DNA of 64,000 nucleotides, taken from positions 128,001 to 192,000 of the forward strand of contig JBITAJ010000012.1 of NCBI GenBank assembly GCA_044440125.1, given 5' to 3'. Position 1 is the first letter of the stretch, and the number at the start of each line of letters is the position of its first letter. Of the stretch, positions 17,381 through 26,356 are shown piece by piece. The position numbers were made by a program, and so were the translations under genes. A model generated the notes under the pieces. It saw only the letters and a list, made by a program, of their open reading frames with translations, was not told the DNA's origin and ran no database searches. The stretch comes from Sedimentisphaeraceae bacterium JB056. GTDB lineage: Bacteria; Planctomycetota; Phycisphaerae; Sedimentisphaerales; Sedimentisphaeraceae.

Positions 17381-18029
17381 CATACAAAAGCGAGTGATGC
17401 CGCGGATAAAACTTACACCGAATATTCGGTCCATGATGCGAATTTTTTCACTGACAACTGACGATTTGAAAAGACCGCTGATTGATCTGAGCGTGAGTTT
17501 TGATCTGAAACCGGGTGAGATTTACTTTATAACCGGTCCCAGTGGATGTGGTAAAAGCTTGTTATTAAGGGAGATGAGGCGGGCGATACCATCAGATGAA
17601 AGAATAGATATTAATGATTTGCCGTTATCTGCTGTTACTACCATGATCGATTGCTTCAAAAGTGCACCTCTTGGTTTGCGGGCTTTGTCGAGGATGGGGC
17701 TTTCGGATGTATCTGCTATGCTGCTTCCGCCGGCGATTCTCAGCGAAGGGCAGAAATATCGCTACAGACTTGCAAAGGCGATAAGCTCCGGCAAACAGAT
17801 TATTATCGCTGATGAATTTTGCTCTACACTTGACAAGGTTACGGCTGGTTTACTGTGTCTCAAGCTTCGCCGCATTGCCGACAGGACTGGTAAAATATTC
17901 ATTCTTGCCGGTCATAGCCGTGGGCTGTTGCCTGATTTGATGCCCGATTGTGTCTTGCAGGTGCATTCCAACAGTGAGATTATCAAGCTTAAGCGTATTG
18001 ACCAGACAGATATGTATGAGAGGGCGTGA
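17370..18029 (+). CDS. ABC-type ATPase (COG2401 ATPase moiety, no transporter partner)
   Basis: GPSGCGKS, signature LSEGQKYR, Walker B IIIADEF. Confidence 0.8.
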   Translation: MEIDIQKRVMPRIKLTPNIRSMMRIFSLTTDDLKRPLIDLSVSFDLKPGEIYFITGPSGCGKSLLLREMRRAIPSDERIDINDLPLSAVTTMIDCFKSAPLGLRALSRMGLSDVSAMLLPPAILSEGQKYRYRLAKAISSGKQIIIADEFCSTLDKVTAGLLCLKLRRIADRTGKIFILAGHSRGLLPDLMPDCVLQVHSNSEIIKLKRIDQTDMYERA

Positions 18030-18733
18030 TGTGCGGTATTGGGAATATTCTAAAAGAAGCTTATATTGAGCAGGTAACGAAGGCCGACTATCAACCATTT
18101 GCTTGTTTTCATTATCGAAAAGGGCGTTTGCCGGTTGTGGACAAGGTGTTTGCGTTGGTGTTACCGGAATTTGGACGGATTGCCATTGTGGTCTACTCCT
18201 TTCCGCCTTGCCACTTACTTGCCAGACGTATGGCTTTGGGTGATTGGTTGCCGCGATTAGATCGCTCATCAATGATGCGGTTTATAAATGCCAATATTCG
18301 CTCAATATCGAGGGTTGTGGTTGTGCCTGAGTTTCGGGGGATTTCGGCGGCATCTTTGCTTATTAGCAACAGTTTGGATAGGCTATGTGTGCCGCTTATT
18401 GAATCGGTAGCGGCTATGGGCGAGTTTAACAGCTTTTTTGAGAAGGCGGGGTTTGTCAAGTCTACTGCGCCTGTCAGTGACAGGTGCCGGAATATGGCTA
18501 ACATATTGCGAGAAAATGGTTTAGGTGGTGATATGCTCTTTGATGCGGATTTGGCATTGAGGTATATCAATACGCTGAGCGATAAGCAAAAACCGCGTAT
18601 ATGGCATGAGATAGACCGCTTTATTGGAGCTTATGGCAGGAAAAGATTGCTTTCCGATAAGCGGCAACGGGTGAATATTGTTTTGTCGAGACTTAACGGT
18701 TCTGGGACATATTTCTACAAATTTTGCAATTAA
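18026..18733 (+). CDS. GNAT-fold acyltransferase (COG2401 acetyltransferase moiety, Mom-like)
   Basis: FHYR, ISRVVVVPEFRGISAA (acetyl-CoA motif A), AAMGEFNSFFEKAGF; GTGA overlap with ATPase. Confidence 0.75.
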   Translation: MMCGIGNILKEAYIEQVTKADYQPFACFHYRKGRLPVVDKVFALVLPEFGRIAIVVYSFPPCHLLARRMALGDWLPRLDRSSMMRFINANIRSISRVVVVPEFRGISAASLLISNSLDRLCVPLIESVAAMGEFNSFFEKAGFVKSTAPVSDRCRNMANILRENGLGGDMLFDADLALRYINTLSDKQKPRIWHEIDRFIGAYGRKRLLSDKRQRVNIVLSRLNGSGTYFYKFCN

Positions 18734-18842
18734 TTTAAAACTATCAGAGCTTCCCATATGAGGAAGCATATAAAACGCATAGAGTTTGCTGCCGGCTTAC
18801 TGACGTGCACGGCTCTGAAAGCTTATTAAAGAGGGAGAGAAG

Positions 18843-19238
18843 ATGGCTAAGATAAGTAAAAAGCAGAGGGATTTTCTGGACTGTATAATTGACAGCCGGA
18901 TAGAGGTTGAGGCGGCGATGGAGCAGCTTGGCATCAGCAGCGACACGATTTGTCGTTGGTTTTCAATGGAAGCGTTTACTCAGGAAATCACGCGCCGCAT
19001 TGATGTGATAACCAGACGTGCTGATATGATTATTTCGCAAAACAGGCTTCTTGCCGCCAAACGGCTTGTGAAGCTGACGAATTGTGAGAAGGAGGAGACT
19101 GCGAGAAAGGCGTGTCTTGATATACTGGAGCTTACCGCGGCGGGAAAGGTAGAGGAGAATCAGGGCACAATGCCGCAGATATCACAGCAGACCGCCGCAA
19201 AACTGCTGGAAATACTCGCAAACGAAAAGCAAATGTAA
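18843..19238 (+). CDS. Phage-type HTH protein, possible terminase small subunit
   Basis: N-terminal HTH (KKQRDFL...AAMEQLGISSDTICRW) followed by helical AAKRLVKL...ARKACLDIL. Confidence 0.55.
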   Translation: MAKISKKQRDFLDCIIDSRIEVEAAMEQLGISSDTICRWFSMEAFTQEITRRIDVITRRADMIISQNRLLAAKRLVKLTNCEKEETARKACLDILELTAAGKVEENQGTMPQISQQTAAKLLEILANEKQM

Positions 19239-19353
19239 AGAAGAAAGCTTTATTTTGTCTGTGGTGGTTTCATTTTTTCATAAAAACAGTAAAATATCTA
19301 CAGTTTAGTTGGCATTAAAGATATTTATAACGATAAGTTTGAAAGGTTAGAGA

Positions 19354-19782
19354 ATGAAGATTGCTATAGCATCAGATCACGCGGGTTTTGATTACAAAGA
19401 AGCGGTTAAGGCATTTTTGCTCGAAAAAGGCTACGAAGTAGAAGACTTCGGCACATATTCTAAGGATTCCTGCGACTATCCTGATTTTATTTTTCCAGCG
19501 GCACGCGCGGTTGCTGAAGGCAAGTGCGAGAGGGGTATTGTATTCGGCGGCAGCGGCAACGGCGAAGCTATCGCGGCTAACAAGATCAAGGGTGTACGCT
19601 GCGGGCTTGCATGGGACTTGCGTTCAGCACGTCTTTGCCGTGAGCACAATGATGCGAATGTACTGTCAATGGGGCAGAGAATGTTAGCGGTAGAAGAAAT
19701 GCTCGAAATTACTGAGCTCTGGCTCAACACGGATTACGAAGGCGGCCGCCATCAGAAGAGAATTGATAAGCTCGATATCTGA
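19354..19782 (+). CDS. rpiB: Ribose-5-phosphate isomerase B
   Basis: IASDHAG, DYPDF, GGSGNGEAIAANK, HNDANVL, GGRHQKRI. Confidence 0.93.
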   Translation: MKIAIASDHAGFDYKEAVKAFLLEKGYEVEDFGTYSKDSCDYPDFIFPAARAVAEGKCERGIVFGGSGNGEAIAANKIKGVRCGLAWDLRSARLCREHNDANVLSMGQRMLAVEEMLEITELWLNTDYEGGRHQKRIDKLDI

Positions 19783-19812
19783 CAGTTATCAGTAAACAGT
19801 TATCAATTATCA
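19783..19812 (+). repeat. Tandem heptamers (CAGTTAT family), left flank
   Basis: cagttat cagtaaa cagttat caattat ca. Confidence 0.75.
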
Positions 19813-19856
19813 TAGGCTCTCGCCGTTTGCAGAGATAGAAATTATAGGAGGAGAAA

Positions 19857-20255
19857 TTGAATAACGGAATTGACAGCAAAGTTTATAAGTTGGCGTGTAA
19901 GTTTTCGATAAAAATAGTTAAGCAATGTCGAATCTTACGTGACGAAAAAGAATTTGTTCTTTCAACTCAACTGCTTAAGAGTGGCACTTCAATAGGCGCA
20001 AATATTGCAGAAGCCAACGGTGCTATATCTATGGCTGATTTTTCGGCTAAGATATCAATTTCGTATAAGGAAGCTTTGGAAACAAAGTACTGGCTCGATC
20101 TTTTGAAGGATACTGATACAATAGGTCTTGAATGTTATGATGAGCTATTTCGATCCGTTGATGAAATTGCGAAAATTTTGTATTCCATATTGAAGACGAC
20201 AAGAAATATAAATCCTGAGAAAAAATCTGATATTGCAGATGGCGATAGCCGATAA
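19857..20255 (+). CDS. Four-helix-bundle protein (TIGR02436 / 23S rRNA IVP-like)
   Basis: KEFVLSTQLLKSGTSIGANIAEA...DFSAKISISYKEALETKYWLDLL; RBS AGGAGG, TTG start. Confidence 0.9.
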   Translation: MNNGIDSKVYKLACKFSIKIVKQCRILRDEKEFVLSTQLLKSGTSIGANIAEANGAISMADFSAKISISYKEALETKYWLDLLKDTDTIGLECYDELFRSVDEIAKILYSILKTTRNINPEKKSDIADGDSR

Positions 20256-20280
20256 CTGTTAACTGATAATTGATAACTGA
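20251..20280 (-). repeat. Tandem heptamers, right flank, inverted relative to the left flank
   Basis: gataact gttaact gataatt gataact ga (reverse complement of CAGTTAT units). Confidence 0.75.
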
Positions 20281-20297
20281 ATTTGGAGGAGAAAATC

Positions 20298-21761
20298 ATG
20301 TCTATTTCTGCGGCCAGTTTGCGCGCGGCGGGTGGGGTTTATCGTGCGCTTCGTAAAATCAAACCTCAAACAAAAGAGCAGTTGCTCAATTATGTAAAGG
20401 TATTTTTAGGTGTCAGCGTGCCTGATCAGGTAGTTTGTTCGGGGCATAGCTCACCGGCGGATTATCTTTGGCATGCTTTCAACTGTGATGATGATGCGTC
20501 CGTTTCAAACGGAGATTGTGTTGTGTGGGCAAACCGCGGCGGCGGCAAAACTATGATGGCGGCGGTTGCCACTCTTCTTGATTGTCTATTCAAAGATGCT
20601 GCGCAGGTTCGTATACTTGCAGGCTCTTTCGATCAGGCTTCCAGGATGTATGAGTATCTTGTGAAGTTTGTCTCTGATGGTTTTGAGGATAAGCTTGCCG
20701 AGCCGATTAAAAAAAGCGGTATGTCTTTTGTCAACGGCTCGAAAGTTGAAGTGCTCACGCAATCTGCAAAGAGTGTTCGCGGGTGTCATATTCATAAGCT
20801 GAGATGTGATGAAGTGGAGATGTTTGATACGGAAGTTTTCGAGGCGGCGCAATTCATAACACAATCGACTGACGGCAAAAAAGCCGCGATGGAAATTGCT
20901 TCAACAATGCACAGGCCGTATGGTTTGATGCAGGATGTTGTTGCCGGTGCTAAAGAAAATTCTGTGCCGATATTCAAATGGTGTCTGTGGGAAGTTATTG
21001 AAAAATGCACGCAGCAGAGTTGTTCGCGATGTCCTTTGAATGATGATTGTCGCGGCCGTGCAAAACATGCCGATGGCTACTATAGGATTGATGATGCAAT
21101 AAGTCAGATGCGGCGTTCAAGTCGACAGAGCTGGCAGGCGGAAGTTTTGTGTGAGCGTCCGCTTAATGATAAGCTTGTGTTCTCTGATTTCGAAAGAACG
21201 GTTCATGTTAAGCCGGTAGAGTTTGATATTCGTTTGCCGCTTTATCGCACGATCGATTTTGGTTTTGTCAATCCGTTTGTCTGTCTATGGATACAGGTTG
21301 ATGGAAGCGGGGTGGTGCGTGTGTTGCGGGAGTATCAGCAGAGCCGCATGACAATACTTGCCAACACCGAAAAAATAATTTCGATAACGCCGTGCGATGA
21401 AGCTTGCGTTGCCGCGACATTTTGCGATCCCGCAGGCAATCAGCATAGCGATATTACAGGCACAAACTGTGTGCAGGAAATGCGCCGTGCGGGAGTTCGT
21501 GTGAGAAGCTGTAAGAGCGGCATACTTGAAGGTATTGAAAAAATACGCAAAGCTCTTAAAGACGGCTTCGGCAATTCACGAATTGTCATAGACCCCAAAT
21601 GCACAAATCTTATAAAGTCGCTTGAGACGTATCACTATCCCGACAACTCTCCATCAGAGCTGCCGGTAAAAGACGGCATAAGCGATCATCACATAGATGC
21701 TCTGCGATACTTCTTTGTTAATTATGAAAAAAATACAAAGGTCATTCAGCGACGGTATTGA
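20298..21761 (+). CDS. Phage terminase large subunit-like protein
   Basis: Walker A ANRGGGKT, Walker B LRCDE, motif III AST, nuclease motifs IDFGFVNP, CDPAG, DHHIDALRY; RBS GGAGGAG. Confidence 0.85.
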   Translation: MSISAASLRAAGGVYRALRKIKPQTKEQLLNYVKVFLGVSVPDQVVCSGHSSPADYLWHAFNCDDDASVSNGDCVVWANRGGGKTMMAAVATLLDCLFKDAAQVRILAGSFDQASRMYEYLVKFVSDGFEDKLAEPIKKSGMSFVNGSKVEVLTQSAKSVRGCHIHKLRCDEVEMFDTEVFEAAQFITQSTDGKKAAMEIASTMHRPYGLMQDVVAGAKENSVPIFKWCLWEVIEKCTQQSCSRCPLNDDCRGRAKHADGYYRIDDAISQMRRSSRQSWQAEVLCERPLNDKLVFSDFERTVHVKPVEFDIRLPLYRTIDFGFVNPFVCLWIQVDGSGVVRVLREYQQSRMTILANTEKIISITPCDEACVAATFCDPAGNQHSDITGTNCVQEMRRAGVRVRSCKSGILEGIEKIRKALKDGFGNSRIVIDPKCTNLIKSLETYHYPDNSPSELPVKDGISDHHIDALRYFFVNYEKNTKVIQRRY

Positions 21762-22476
21762 GTTGCTGCAATTTCTTTTTCTTGTGTTTTGTAATTAATG
21801 TTACCGATAGAATGATAATACCGGCAACTATAAAGCAGATTACTCCTATTGCTTTGGGCAGTAGGGAGTATAATTGTTCCATGCCGCAGGCTTGATAACG
21901 GGTTGTCAGTTTCTGCGGGGTAGCGGTGAGTTTTTCACAGCCTTTAGTTACGTTGATTTTGAACTGATATTGGCCTTCCGCGATTGGGAAAAAGCGGATA
22001 AGCATTATGTAGCTGCCTGAGCTTTCGTTATGTAAGGTGTAATCTGCAGAGGAATCTCCGCTGATGTATATTTCGCCGTCAGGTTTTAGAATTTGCCATG
22101 AGTATTCCAACTCTTCAAGCAGAGTTTCCCGTGAGAGAAGTTTGCTATCCAATTCAGGAATAAACAAATCGATTGTCTGCGAGTGAGATACGGAAAGATG
22201 CTGGATGAATTCGCTTTCGTATTCGCCTGGTTTAGAAAAGTCAACTTCTATATCCATTGCCGACTTGGGCAGGTTTGTCTTTATGTGGTCTTTGATTCTA
22301 AATCCTTCGATCAGACAATAAGTACCAAAGCCAATAAGCCCTGTGGCTATGATACAAAAAAATATTCTGAATATAGGTGGTAGTTTCTTTATCTTATTTT
22401 TGATTGATGCTGATTTGCTCATAAAATCCGATGGGTCAGGACTGAGGCATTTCTCTGCCTTCTTTTCATTTGACAT
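21742..22476 (-). CDS. Hypothetical membrane protein, two TM segments flanking a soluble domain
   Basis: IFFCIIATGLIGFGTYCLI and IGVICFIVAGIIILSVTLI; RBS GGAGAGG. Confidence 0.65.
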   Translation of the reverse strand: MSNEKKAEKCLSPDPSDFMSKSASIKNKIKKLPPIFRIFFCIIATGLIGFGTYCLIEGFRIKDHIKTNLPKSAMDIEVDFSKPGEYESEFIQHLSVSHSQTIDLFIPELDSKLLSRETLLEELEYSWQILKPDGEIYISGDSSADYTLHNESSGSYIMLIRFFPIAEGQYQFKINVTKGCEKLTATPQKLTTRYQACGMEQLYSLLPKAIGVICFIVAGIIILSVTLITKHKKKKLQQLNTVAE

Positions 22477-22502
22477 TTCCCTCTCCTTGCATTATGAAAT
22501 TT

Positions 22503-22530
22503 GTAGAGACGCGATTAATCGCGTCTCTAC
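22503..22530. repeat. REP palindrome (GTAG family)
   Basis: Perfect 28-bp palindrome GTAGAGACGCGATTAATCGCGTCTCTAC. Confidence 0.8.
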
Positions 22531-22541
22531 TGTCTGGCTGT

Positions 22542-23558
22542 TTAGTTATCCTTAATTTCGAAGATTAGTTCGAAATCTTTTTTCTCGTGAGGCTTCAGGA
22601 TTGTAAGGCAGTCTTGTTCTCTTGCTGCTTTTTGTCCTATTGGGAAATTAGTTCCCGGTTCGATACCTGTAACATATTCGCCGCGTCCCCAGTGCTGCCA
22701 GTTTGTGAGGCATGGCAGTTGAGTGTTCTTGAATTTCAGTTGTGCGGTGATGCCGAGTTTTGGATTTTTAATTCCCGCGGTGCAAAGCCCATCGCTTCCG
22801 GCCTTTGGTGTTATGAATCCGCACGCTTCGCCGAAGCCGTTGTGTTTCTCCTGCGGCGCGCAGCATTTTTTATAATCGTTGCTGTCGTTGAAAATGTCAT
22901 TGTCTCCATCGCCGCCGCGTGATTTCACATCGCCATCATAAAACAGTTCGCATCCTTCGTCTACCAATGGCCATCCGAAGTTACAATGGTAGAGCAGCAT
23001 AAGCGGGGCATCGGTATTGCCGGCGTTACAGACTCTGTCATTGATTTGTATTTTTGACTGTCCGGCAAACGCGGTGATGGTCCGTTTGAGTTTGAGATTA
23101 GGACCAAAGAGAGAGCTTTCCTTGATCGTGGCTGTGATTTTCATTGTTGGCTGGTCATCGCAAAGACACGGCTGTATGACAGACTCAAGCTCTGCCGGAA
23201 GATTGCTGTATTTTCCGTGCAGACCGTGGCCTTCTTCGGGGCCGCCAAAATGTGACAATCCGCATGTTGTTACAAGCCCGCCGCTGAAATTGCTCAGCCA
23301 ATGCAAGCCTTCACCAATATCACGACGCGGTGCACTTAAACCCACATGGCTGAGCCACGCCAGTGAGTAAGGCCCGTAGAATGCGTCAACGATATCAAGC
23401 CCGCGATCTATCGCTACCTTGAATCGCAGTCCTGAGCCTGTGTTTACCCATGCGATGCGTGAGCCTCTTGCGTTTCCGTTGTCTGCGGTGTATGTTTCGA
23501 TGCCGCAGAGCTGGTTGTGGTTGATTATTTTACCCTTAAATTCGCTTAGCAAATCCAT
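22542..23558 (-). CDS. Aldose 1-epimerase-like protein (DUF4432)
   Basis: NTGSGLRF, DRGLDI, GGLVTTCGL, GLHG, LYHCNFGWPL, YVTGIEPGT. Confidence 0.85.
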   Translation of the reverse strand: MDLLSEFKGKIINHNQLCGIETYTADNGNARGSRIAWVNTGSGLRFKVAIDRGLDIVDAFYGPYSLAWLSHVGLSAPRRDIGEGLHWLSNFSGGLVTTCGLSHFGGPEEGHGLHGKYSNLPAELESVIQPCLCDDQPTMKITATIKESSLFGPNLKLKRTITAFAGQSKIQINDRVCNAGNTDAPLMLLYHCNFGWPLVDEGCELFYDGDVKSRGGDGDNDIFNDSNDYKKCCAPQEKHNGFGEACGFITPKAGSDGLCTAGIKNPKLGITAQLKFKNTQLPCLTNWQHWGRGEYVTGIEPGTNFPIGQKAAREQDCLTILKPHEKKDFELIFEIKDN

Positions 23559-23841
23559 TATGCTGCTCCTTATTAAAGCCGTACAGGTTAAAAAACAGTT
23601 TTTAGTTCGTAGTTCGTAGAGAGTAGAAAATATGGCAAAGCCAACGTTAAATTATTTATAAATATTAAAATATAATAATACTTGGATAAACAGTTGCTGT
23701 CCAGATAAATTTTACAGGGCAAGGGGTTTATTTAAGCATTTGGCAATACTGATATTAAGGATTTTACTTGTTTATTCTGTCGTTTGTTTTTGTACAATAC
23801 TTACTGTCAGTACAGATAATCTATAATTAAAAGGAGAAAAA

Positions 23842-24849
23842 ATGGACTATAGGCCACTTGGAAGAACAGGAGTAAAGGTAAGTTCTTTGTGTCTTGGCTG
23901 CATGAACTTTGGCGGCAAGACCAATATGGAAGATTCATCCGAAATAATGGATCATGCGATTGACAGCGGGATAAATTTCTTTGATACCGCTAATGTTTAC
24001 AGTCGCGGCGAAAGTGAAAAGACTGTCGGTGCGGCTCTCAAGGCCAACGGCAAGCGTGATAAGATTGTTTTGGCGACTAAGGTTCACGGCAAAATGGATG
24101 ACGATGATGTAAATGCTCAGGGCAACAACCGCAGGCATATAATTCAGCAGTGCGAAGCCTCGTTAAAACGGCTAAAGACTGATTGGATAGACCTTTATCA
24201 GATTCACAGGCCTGACAGTACTATACCGATAGATGAGACGTTGCGTGCTCTGGACGATTTGATCCGTGCCGGCAAGGTGCGATATGTCGGAACCAGTACT
24301 TTCGCTGCGTGGCAGATGGTAAAGGCTCACTGGATTGCCAAAGAGCTGGGGCTCAACCGTTTTATCTGTGAGCAGCCGCCTTATAATCTGCTCGATCGCC
24401 GTATAGAGAGGGAGCTTATACCGATGGCCATCAGTTTCGGTATGGCGATTATACCATGGTCACCGCTTGCAAGTGGTTTTCTCACAGGGAAATACAAACG
24501 AAACGAGGATAGGCCCGAGGGATCAAGGCTAAAGACGAACAAATTCCACGAGGATTGTTTCGAGGACCGATGTTTTGATGTTGTGGAGGAAGTTGAAAAG
24601 ATGGCCAAGGAAAAAGGCTGCACTCCGAGTCAGCTGAGTCTTGCATGGTGCGTTGGCCAGCCGGGTGTCACCAGCCCGATAATCGGACCTCGTACTATGG
24701 AGCAGCTTAAGGATAATCTTGGTGCTCTTGATGTTGAGCTGGATTCTGAATATTTGGCAAGGCTTGATAAGATCAGCGAGCCGGGGCACGGCAGTGCCAG
24801 GTTCTACGAGGCGGATTTTGGGCCTGAAAAATTTGTCGGTTTGTTATAA
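23842..24849 (+). CDS. Aldo/keto reductase
   Basis: LGRTGVKVS, INFFDTANVY, LATK, IDLYQIH, PWSPLASG. Confidence 0.92.
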   Translation: MDYRPLGRTGVKVSSLCLGCMNFGGKTNMEDSSEIMDHAIDSGINFFDTANVYSRGESEKTVGAALKANGKRDKIVLATKVHGKMDDDDVNAQGNNRRHIIQQCEASLKRLKTDWIDLYQIHRPDSTIPIDETLRALDDLIRAGKVRYVGTSTFAAWQMVKAHWIAKELGLNRFICEQPPYNLLDRRIERELIPMAISFGMAIIPWSPLASGFLTGKYKRNEDRPEGSRLKTNKFHEDCFEDRCFDVVEEVEKMAKEKGCTPSQLSLAWCVGQPGVTSPIIGPRTMEQLKDNLGALDVELDSEYLARLDKISEPGHGSARFYEADFGPEKFVGLL

Positions 24850-24867
24850 GCTGGATTTAATATAAAG

Positions 24868-24905
24868 AAAAAGGAAGCGGTATATTGTTTCCCGCTTCCT
24901 TTTTT
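24868..24905. terminator. Bidirectional intrinsic terminator
   Basis: aaaaaggaagcgg...ccgcttcctttttt between convergent genes. Confidence 0.75.
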
Positions 24906-24913
24906 ATTGATTT

Positions 24914-26188
24914 TTAGTTTTTCAAAAAGCTTTTGTAGTATTCATCTACATTTACGACTTTGCCTTCTACCCTTGCTTTTTCAGCGGCAAATGCTGCGAT
25001 GTGACTATGCATCGCGGAACCGATTTTTGATCCGCTTTGTGATGTGAAGTCGTCGTAGAAGTCGTGCATCAGGCCGTAGTCTCCTCCGCCGTGATGTCCG
25101 TAACCTTCTTCATTGTCTATTTTTATGTTGATTCTTTCGATGTCTCTGGTGAGGTGGTCGCGAATCATGATATCTGCGTCTGTGCTTAGTTTTTCGATTG
25201 CCCAGCCGTAAAGAGTACCCTTTGTTCCGAGTATTTGGAGCTGGCGACCATAATTGAATGCACTCATTGTAAATGTTCCGGTTGCGCCGCTTTCAAACTC
25301 AAAGCTGAGTACCTGGTGGTCAACGGCAGTGTTGTCGCATTTGAATGCGCAGCGACCCCATTTGCTTTCCTTGAGCCATTTATCGATCTCGGAATCAGTC
25401 ATTTTGTCGCCATTAGGCAACAGATATGTCAGCCATTCCTTGTTCTTTGTTTTGTATGTTTGTGCATCATAGAGACAGCTTTCGCTTGCCGGGCATCCGT
25501 CAATACATCTTTCGGGAGAGTTCTCCGGTGCGTGTGCCTTGTCAAAGTATGAGATACGTCCGAAGCTTGCTATGTTTTCGAATTTACTTGATGTGAGCCA
25601 GTGCAGTATATCCATGTCGTGGCATGATTTGGCAACGATCATTGGCGTGCTGTCTTCCGTTACTGCCCAGTGTCCGCGTACGAATGAGTGACTTTGATGC
25701 CACGGGTCAACGCCTTCGACCGCGCTTATTGATACTATTTCGCCAAGGCGGCCAGAATCAATAATCTCTTTTACCTTCTTGTAGAAAGGTGTGTATCTCA
25801 ATACGTAGCAGATAGTTACGCTTTTGTTGAGCTTCTCGGCGGTTTGCTGTATCGATATTATCTTCTCGATAGTGTCGGCAGCTGGTTTTTCAAGGATGAT
25901 GTCGTATCCTTTTTCCATTGCCTCAATACATGGCTCGTAATGGTAGTTGTCCTGCGTGCCGATTATCATTACATCGGCAAGTTTGTCGCAGGCGAGTATT
26001 TCCTTGTCGCTTTTGAATAACTGGAAGTCCGGATTGTCAGATACGGCCTTGATTTTCTCGGCCTTTTCAGTTATCGGGTCGGCAGCGGCGGTTATCTCGT
26101 ATCTGTCCTTCATCATCGCTGCTACTGATGTGTAAGTCTGTGCGCGCGGGCCACAACCAATAGCAGCCAGCCTTATTTTCTTTTCCAT
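24914..26188 (-). CDS. Gfo/Idh/MocA family oxidoreductase
   Basis: IGCGPR, ILEKP, VLRYTPF, HSFVRGHW, AKSCHDMD, GHHGGGD. Confidence 0.9.
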   Translation of the reverse strand: MEKKIRLAAIGCGPRAQTYTSVAAMMKDRYEITAAADPITEKAEKIKAVSDNPDFQLFKSDKEILACDKLADVMIIGTQDNYHYEPCIEAMEKGYDIILEKPAADTIEKIISIQQTAEKLNKSVTICYVLRYTPFYKKVKEIIDSGRLGEIVSISAVEGVDPWHQSHSFVRGHWAVTEDSTPMIVAKSCHDMDILHWLTSSKFENIASFGRISYFDKAHAPENSPERCIDGCPASESCLYDAQTYKTKNKEWLTYLLPNGDKMTDSEIDKWLKESKWGRCAFKCDNTAVDHQVLSFEFESGATGTFTMSAFNYGRQLQILGTKGTLYGWAIEKLSTDADIMIRDHLTRDIERINIKIDNEEGYGHHGGGDYGLMHDFYDDFTSQSGSKIGSAMHSHIAAFAAEKARVEGKVVNVDEYYKSFLKN

Positions 26189-26356
26189 AATTTCATCACC
26201 CTTTTCAAATCTGTATAAGAAATTTCATCCTGTATGCATCAAAAGTCTTTATAGCTTTAATAATTCTACAGTCAAGCAGTAATTTATAAAAAATTGAAGA
26301 CTTATTGCTTTATATTCTTGCTATATTGAAAGTTAAGTGATATTTTAGTGATAATA

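Noticed and set aside
17370..18029. ABC transporter
   Set aside because: No permease or binding protein nearby; motifs and the coupled GNAT fit COG2401 instead.
19857..20255. Diversity-generating retroelement (Avd-like fold)
   Set aside because: No reverse transcriptase and no template/variable repeat pair with adenine-specific mismatches seen; differences between paralogs 1 and 2 in the conserved block are mostly synonymous.
16937..21761. Intact prophage
   Set aside because: No integrase, att repeats, portal, capsid, tail or lysis genes; a housekeeping rpiB lies inside.
23603..23626. Short heptamer run tagttcg tagttcg tagagag tag
   Set aside because: Resembles repeat-cassette flanks but is solo, short and has no associated gene; could be chance.
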